Below are positions 59,180 to 64,000 of a DNA stretch of 64,000 nucleotides, in pieces. The notes under the pieces are model-generated. The model was not told the origin of the DNA. It ran no database searches and worked only from the letters and a program-made list of their open reading frames with translations. This DNA is from Anaerolineales bacterium (GTDB lineage: Bacteria > Chloroflexota > Anaerolineae > Anaerolineales > UBA11579). The DNA lies in the NCBI GenBank assembly GCA_025808555.1, contig CP075526.1, positions 1,528,712 to 1,592,711 of the forward strand, written 5' to 3'. How positions within the stretch are numbered: position 1 is the stretch's first letter; every line of letters begins with the position of its first letter. A program made the position numbers and the translations under genes.

Positions 59180-59204
59180 CCCCTGAGGCATGCCACTCCT
59201 GGCG

Positions 59205-59210
59205 TAGAAT
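59205..59210 (+). promoter_or_regulatory. -10 box TAGAAT, 8 nt before ATG 59219 (leaderless-type)
   Basis: Hexamer-N8-ATG. Confidence 0.45.
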
Positions 59211-59218
59211 TGCCCATC

Positions 59219-60928
59219 ATGGTTCAGACCCAGGCCCCCGCGCCCGCTACGATCGCCAGCCAACCCGCCCTTGACGCCAAGTTGACGCGCCTGCAGGCCG
59301 GTAAGCAGGCCTGGGCGCAGCTGCCGATGGCCGCCCGCATCGTCGTGATCGACCAGATCGTCGCCGATCTGCCCGCTATCGAAGAGCGCTGGGTCGCCGC
59401 CAGCTTGGCCGCCAAAGGCGGCCAGATGCGCAGCCTCGCCGAAGGCGAGGAGCGCTTCACCCTCACCGTCACCTATCGCCTGCTGCGCTACTTGCGCAAA
59501 GCGCTGGTAGATATTGAGAAGCGCGGCCAGCCGCGCCTGCCCGGCAAAGTGTGCTGGAAGCACGCCGGCGAATGGCGGCTGGATGTGTACCCGCAATCCG
59601 TCAAGGATTTCCTGGCCCTGCCTTTCGTGCAGGCCGAAGTGCACGTGTACGACAGCATGCACGGCGATGAGCCGCCGCGGGCTGCCTTCTACCGCCAGCC
59701 CCAGCCTGAGGGCAAACTCTGCCTTGTGCTGGCCGCCGGCAACATCGCCTCGACCGTCAATTACGACTTTTTGCACAAGCTCTTCGTGGAAGGCCAGGTC
59801 GTCTTCCTCAAAATGAATCCGGTCAACGCCTACCTCGCCCCGCTCATCGAGGAGGGCTTCCGTGCCCTTGTTGAGCCGGGTTATATGCAGGTGGCCGAGG
59901 GTGGGGCGGAGGTGGCCAATTATCTGGTGCACCACCCGTCTATTGATGAGCTGCACCTCACCGGCTCAGACCGCACCTATGAGGCCATTGTCTTCGGTCC
60001 GGGCGAAGAGGGCCGCCAGCGCAAACTCAACAAGCAGCCCTTGGTCACCAAGCCTTTCAGCGCTGAGCTGGGTAACGTCTCACCAGTCATCGTGGTGCCC
60101 GGCCCGTGGAGCGCTGCCGATGTGCGCAAGCAGGCCGCCAAGATCGGCGGCTGGCTGGTGCGCAACGCCGGCTTCAACTGCATCACGCCGCGCATGCTCA
60201 TCCAGCATGCCGCCTGGACGCAGCGCCAGCCGCTCAACCAGACCATCGCCGGCTATTTGGCCGAGATGCCTACTCGTAAGGCCTATTATCCCGGTGCCGA
60301 GCGCCAGCACGCCAAGTTCGTTCAGGCGTACCCGCAGGCCCAGCAGATCGGCAGCCCTGCTGAAGGCCAGCTGCCGTGGACCTTCTTGCCCGGCCTTGAC
60401 CCAGCCGACGCAGACCAGCTTGCATTCTGTGAAGAACCCTTCATGGGTCTGTTCTCCGAAACCGCGCTGGATGCCGCCGATACGGTCGATTTCATTACCA
60501 ATGCGGTGAAGTTTGCAAATGAGCAATTGTGGGGCAGCCTGTGCGCTTCAATCATCGTTCATCCCAAGAGCATGCAAGACCCGCTGGTCGCCGCCGCGGT
60601 GGAGCAGGCCGTGGACGATTTGAACTATGGCACAGTGGTGGTGAACCATTGGGGTGCGCTAGGCTACTACATGTGCATTACGCCCTGGGGGGCCGCACCC
60701 GGGCACGACATGTTCGACATTCAATCTGGTGTGGGTTTCATCAACAACCCGCTCATGTTCGACCGCCCGCTCAAGTCTGTGGTGCGTGCCCCGTTCATCT
60801 CAATACCCGACCCCTACCACGCCCATTCCAAGCGCAGCTATCTCTATTTCCGTCAAGACACGCGTTATCAGGCTAAGCCCAGCTTGTGGAACTTGCTTAA
60901 GTCCCTCTACTACGCCGTGATCAGCTAA
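59219..60928 (+). CDS. Aldehyde dehydrogenase superfamily protein (long, ~570 aa form)
   Basis: FSAELGNVSP (ELGG-like) and NAGFNC catalytic Cys context. Confidence 0.7.
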   Translation: MVQTQAPAPATIASQPALDAKLTRLQAGKQAWAQLPMAARIVVIDQIVADLPAIEERWVAASLAAKGGQMRSLAEGEERFTLTVTYRLLRYLRKALVDIEKRGQPRLPGKVCWKHAGEWRLDVYPQSVKDFLALPFVQAEVHVYDSMHGDEPPRAAFYRQPQPEGKLCLVLAAGNIASTVNYDFLHKLFVEGQVVFLKMNPVNAYLAPLIEEGFRALVEPGYMQVAEGGAEVANYLVHHPSIDELHLTGSDRTYEAIVFGPGEEGRQRKLNKQPLVTKPFSAELGNVSPVIVVPGPWSAADVRKQAAKIGGWLVRNAGFNCITPRMLIQHAAWTQRQPLNQTIAGYLAEMPTRKAYYPGAERQHAKFVQAYPQAQQIGSPAEGQLPWTFLPGLDPADADQLAFCEEPFMGLFSETALDAADTVDFITNAVKFANEQLWGSLCASIIVHPKSMQDPLVAAAVEQAVDDLNYGTVVVNHWGALGYYMCITPWGAAPGHDMFDIQSGVGFINNPLMFDRPLKSVVRAPFISIPDPYHAHSKRSYLYFRQDTRYQAKPSLWNLLKSLYYAVIS

Positions 60929-60935
60929 ATGCTGG

Positions 60936-62264
60936 CTAGCCTAGCGCGTTCTCTTTGATGATTCGTGTGTATGCACGTCCACTGTCCTTGATGATGCGCG
61001 TCTGTGTCTCATAGTCCACATACACAATCCCAAAGCGCCGGCTATAGCCCCAGGCCCATTCAAAATTGTCCATCAGGCTCCAGACAAAGTAGCCTTTCAG
61101 CGGCACGCCGGCTTGGATGGCGCGCTGGGCGTGGTGTAAATAACTCTGCAAATAGTCCACGCGCTGCGGGTCATGAACCTGGCCATCTTCGCTCACAGTG
61201 TCTGCAAAAGCCGCCCCGTTCTCGGTCACATAGTACGCTGGGAAGCTGTAGTCTTTGTGCAGGCGCACTAATATCTGCTCGATGGCCGGTGCGTGCACTT
61301 CCCAGCCCATCGCAGTCTTGTGAGCGCCCACAGGCACAGTCACTTCATCATCCGGCGTATCCTCGCTGCGGTGTACTGTGCGGAAGTAGTGATTGACGCC
61401 CAGATAATCTACCGGCGCCGCGATTGTTTCCAGGTCGCCGGCCTGCACAAAACCGCGCCAGCCGTCGTATTGCGCCAGCACTTCCTCCGGGTAGCCACGG
61501 CCCGCCAGCGGGTCCAGGAAGCGGCGGTTCTGCATGGCGTCACCCAGGTGCGCCGCCTTCACGTCCGCCGCACGTGCCGAGGCCGCCACATGCGGCTGTA
61601 GGTTGAGCACAATCCCCACCTGAGCCTGCGGCGCATTGCGCCGCAGCACCGGCACCGCCAGGCCGTGCGCCAGCAGCAGGTGATGCGTGGTCGCCGCCAT
61701 CTCGGCCAGGCTGGTGTGCCCGGGAGCGTGGCGGCCTTGCAGGTAGCCGGCATCCGCGCTCACCTGCGGCTCGTTCAACGTGGCCCAGCTCGCCACCCGG
61801 TCACCCAGGTGGCGGCTGGCAATATCGGCGTATTCGGCAAAGGCCTCGGCTGTGCTGCGCGCCGGCCAACCGCCCTGGTCCTGCAGGGCCTGCGGCAGGT
61901 CCCAGTGGTAAAGGGTCGCGTATGGCACGATGCCCGCGTCCAGCAGGCCGTCCACCAGGCGGCTATAAAAATCCAAGCCCTTCTGATTCACCTTGCCGTG
62001 CCCCTCTGGCAGCACCCGTGCCCAAGCGATCGAGAAGCGGTACGCCTGCAGCCCCAGCTCCTGCATCAGCTTAATGTCGTCCTGCCAGAGGTGATAGTGG
62101 TCGCACGCCCGGTCTCCGGTATGGCCTTTAAAGATTTTGCCGGGGGTGTGCGAAAAGCGGTCCCAGATGCTTTCACCGCGTCCGTCTTCGTCGTGCGCCC
62201 CTTCAATTTGGTATGCAGCGGTGGCGGCTCCCCATAGGAAACCTTCGGGAAAGTGCTCGGTCAT
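60936..62264 (-). CDS. bglB: GH1 beta-glucosidase
   Basis: FLWGAATAAYQIEGA, LYHWDLP, YVTENGAAF; start moved to MTEHFPEG. Confidence 0.92.
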   Translation of the reverse strand: MTEHFPEGFLWGAATAAYQIEGAHDEDGRGESIWDRFSHTPGKIFKGHTGDRACDHYHLWQDDIKLMQELGLQAYRFSIAWARVLPEGHGKVNQKGLDFYSRLVDGLLDAGIVPYATLYHWDLPQALQDQGGWPARSTAEAFAEYADIASRHLGDRVASWATLNEPQVSADAGYLQGRHAPGHTSLAEMAATTHHLLLAHGLAVPVLRRNAPQAQVGIVLNLQPHVAASARAADVKAAHLGDAMQNRRFLDPLAGRGYPEEVLAQYDGWRGFVQAGDLETIAAPVDYLGVNHYFRTVHRSEDTPDDEVTVPVGAHKTAMGWEVHAPAIEQILVRLHKDYSFPAYYVTENGAAFADTVSEDGQVHDPQRVDYLQSYLHHAQRAIQAGVPLKGYFVWSLMDNFEWAWGYSRRFGIVYVDYETQTRIIKDSGRAYTRIIKENALG

Positions 62265-62272
62265 AGCCGGGC

Positions 62273-62278
62273 AGTATA
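62273..62278 (-). promoter_or_regulatory. -10 box TATACT, 8 nt before bglB ATG 62264 (leaderless-type)
   Basis: Minus-strand hexamer-N8-ATG. Confidence 0.4.
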
Positions 62279-62302
62279 AACGAGGAAGCATGACCAGTCG
62301 GA

Positions 62303-62308
62303 TAAAAT
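62303..62308 (+). promoter_or_regulatory. -10 box TAAAAT, 6 nt before ATG 62315 (leaderless-type)
   Basis: Hexamer-N6-ATG. Confidence 0.4.
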
Positions 62309-62314
62309 GAGCGC

Positions 62315-62833
62315 ATGGCTCCATCAGACTCCAGTGCCAGCCATCGCCAACTCGCCGCCCAGCGCGGCCCTGTGGCGTTGGCCATCGTTACCGTCAGCGA
62401 CACCCGCATCGCCGAAACTGACACCAATGCCCATTACCTGCGCCCGCAGATCGAGGCGCTGGGCCATCTGGTAGTCAATTACCGCCTGGTGAAGGATGAG
62501 CCAGCCCAGATCCAGTCCATTCTCGAGGAGCTGGCCGCAGGGCCTGCCCAACTCATCCTCTTCAATGGAGGCACGGGCATTTCACCACGAGATACCACCT
62601 TTGATGTCCTCAGTCGCAACCTGGAGAAGACCTTGCCCGGCTTCGGCGAGTTGTTCCGCATGCTCAGCTATGAGCAGGTGGGGGCGGCCGCCATGCTTTC
62701 GCGTGCCACTGCCGGGGTTTACCGCGGCAAGGTCGTCATCTCTACCCCCGGCAGCCCGGCCGCCGTCCAGCTGGCCTGGGAGAAACTGATCCAGCCCGAG
62801 CTGGAACATTTGGCCTGGGAAGTGGCTCGCTAA
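62315..62833 (+). CDS. moaB: Molybdenum cofactor biosynthesis protein B (MoaB/MogA family)
   Basis: [22 protein letters not shown]. Confidence 0.85.
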   Translation: MAPSDSSASHRQLAAQRGPVALAIVTVSDTRIAETDTNAHYLRPQIEALGHLVVNYRLVKDEPAQIQSILEELAAGPAQLILFNGGTGISPRDTTFDVLSRNLEKTLPGFGELFRMLSYEQVGAAAMLSRATAGVYRGKVVISTPGSPAAVQLAWEKLIQPELEHLAWEVAR

Positions 62834-62872
62834 CCCGCCTTCGAATCTCTCCTTCCCCTTGCTGTCTTTCAT

Positions 62873-62881
62873 TGGTATAAT
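62873..62881 (+). promoter_or_regulatory. Extended -10 promoter TGGTATAAT for rpmB
   Basis: TGn-TATAAT followed by GC-rich CGCCCGC and an AAGGAG SD. Confidence 0.55.
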
Positions 62882-62903
62882 CGCCCGCTGTTAAGGAGTT
62901 TTC

Positions 62904-63143
62904 ATGTCCAAAAGATCATCCATCACCGGCAAGGGTCCAAGCTACGGCAATAATGTGCCCTTCTCCAAGAAACGCAGCCGCCGCCGCTGGGAAGTCAACC
63001 TGCAGGAGCGCCGCATTTGGGTGCCGGAGTTGAACCGTTTCATCAAGCTGCGCGTAACCACGCGTGACCTGCGCAGTATTGACGCCCACGGCCTGCTGGC
63101 CTACTTGCGCTCCAACGGCAAGACCCTGGCCGACGTCAGCTAG
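62904..63143 (+). CDS. rpmB: 50S ribosomal protein L28
   Basis: ITGKGPSYGNNVPFSKKRSRRRWEVNLQ. Confidence 0.92.
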   Translation: MSKRSSITGKGPSYGNNVPFSKKRSRRRWEVNLQERRIWVPELNRFIKLRVTTRDLRSIDAHGLLAYLRSNGKTLADVS

Positions 63144-63156
63144 TTTCAGGCGCCTC

Positions 63157-63399
63157 ATGTCGGTTAGCGAGCACATCGCATACAAGACCCAACAGCAAAA
63201 CCAAGCGCTGCAACGGCTGCAAGCCAATGAGCGCGTGGAGTTGGTGCGTGTGGCCGGGCCGGAGGATTGCAGCACGGCGCAAACCGTGCAGGGCGTCTAC
63301 AGCAAGTTTGAAGTTCCCGTATTGCCGGTGGAAGGTTGCTCTCGTGAGGGCGGCTGCATCTGCAATTACGAACCTGTATTGAAGGAAATTTACCCTTAG
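63157..63399 (+). CDS. 80-aa hypothetical protein with 4 Cys, between rpmB and rpsR
   Basis: GC3-rich codon usage like the neighbours; start moved to MSVSEHIAY; no recognised family. Confidence 0.5.
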   Translation: MSVSEHIAYKTQQQNQALQRLQANERVELVRVAGPEDCSTAQTVQGVYSKFEVPVLPVEGCSREGGCICNYEPVLKEIYP

Positions 63400-63413
63400 G
63401 AAGAGAAGCAAGC

Positions 63414-63719
63414 ATGGCATATCGTGACAATCGTGAAGATCGTGTAGAAGGCGAAGACAGCGGCGGCGAAGAGCGCGGCGGGCGCGGCGGTGGCCGTTTC
63501 TTCCGCAAGCCCAAGACGGATCCGTTTGAGGCCGACAAATCCTTGAAGATCGACTACAAGGATGTAGATCTGCTCAAGCGCTTCCTGTCGCCCGAGGGCA
63601 AGATTCGCCCCCGTCGCCAGACCGGCGTGATCGCCCGCAACCAGCGCAAGCTGGCCCGCGCCATCAAGCGTGCCCGCCACCTGGCGCTGCTCTCCTACAC
63701 CGATCAGTCGACCGACTAA
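63414..63719 (+). CDS. rpsR: 30S ribosomal protein S18
   Basis: [41 protein letters not shown]. Confidence 0.92.
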   Translation: MAYRDNREDRVEGEDSGGEERGGRGGGRFFRKPKTDPFEADKSLKIDYKDVDLLKRFLSPEGKIRPRRQTGVIARNQRKLARAIKRARHLALLSYTDQSTD

Positions 63720-63737
63720 GCTTCTTCCGCAGGAACC

Positions 63738-63766
63738 AAAACAGCCCCTTCATGGGGCTGTTTTTA
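63738..63766 (+). terminator. Rho-independent terminator after rpsR
   Basis: ACAGCCCC/GGGGCTGT stem plus T5. Confidence 0.8.
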
Positions 63767-63804
63767 TCCCTGCTTGGCACAGTTATAATTTCAAATGGAG
63801 AGCT

Positions 63805-64000
63805 ATGACTGACAAGAAAATCCGTGTTTTGGTCGCCAAACCCGGCCTGGATGGGCATGACCGCGGCGCAAAAGTGATCGCCCGGGCTTTGCGTGATGCT
63901 GGTATGGAAGTTATCTACACCGGCCTGCGTCAAACGCCTGAGATGATCGCCGAGGCCGCCCTGCAGGAGGATGTTGATGCAGTTGGTCTCTCCATTCTTT
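63805..64000 (+). CDS. Cobalamin-binding subunit/domain of methylmalonyl-CoA mutase family (3' end beyond window)
   Basis: [40 protein letters not shown] (DxHxxG B12 motif); not in the ORF track because no stop is in the window. Confidence 0.8.
   Translation, partial: MTDKKIRVLVAKPGLDGHDRGAKVIARALRDAGMEVIYTGLRQTPEMIAEAALQEDVDAVGLSIL

Overview
64-kb high-GC chromosomal segment. GC looks above 60% by eye, with two clear low-GC patches. Gene content and protein signatures fit a monoderm Chloroflexota (Anaerolineae-like) genome best; this is inference only, since no search was run. I call about 57 protein genes, 1 tRNA (Lys-CUU), and no rRNA, CRISPR array, transposase, integrase or phage gene. 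Most of the window is housekeeping. It holds the rpoC 3' end, a cell-wall/glycan operon (GT2, phosphoglycosyl transferase, SDR, CapD-like dehydratase, FemAB-like), and two complete ABC importers (polar amino acid; di/oligopeptide). It also holds ggt, an mvaD-like gene, rseP, radC, an SLT transglycosylase, secG, uvrB, ybaK, uvrC, an ECF sigma cluster, a short dnaE-like polymerase, and a FIST plus PAS-GGDEF-EAL pair. The remaining genes are GH1 beta-glucosidase, moaB, rpmB, rpsR and the start of a B12-binding mutase subunit. I did not find a clear new multi-gene system such as a defence island. The best candidates for a second look are these. (1) A split HTH/NB-ARC STAND NTPase plus TPR gene pair at 18.3-20.7 kb. 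(2) A low-GC islet next to tRNA-Lys with two tandem paralogous small lipoproteins at 58.2-59.2 kb. (3) A 13-nt motif plus hairpin shared between the tRNA-Lys terminator and a 0.4-kb low-GC orphan region at 6.3-6.7 kb. (4) A perfect GAAC-N4-GTTC (LexA-type) palindrome abutting the -10 of the short dnaE, with degenerate copies at uvrB and uvrC. (5) A recurrent TAnnnT hexamer 6-9 nt upstream of the ATG of at least 14 genes, which suggests widespread leaderless transcription. All functional calls rest on motifs recognised by eye in the supplied translations. Start codons were chosen by me where the ORF track looked over-extended and remain uncertain.
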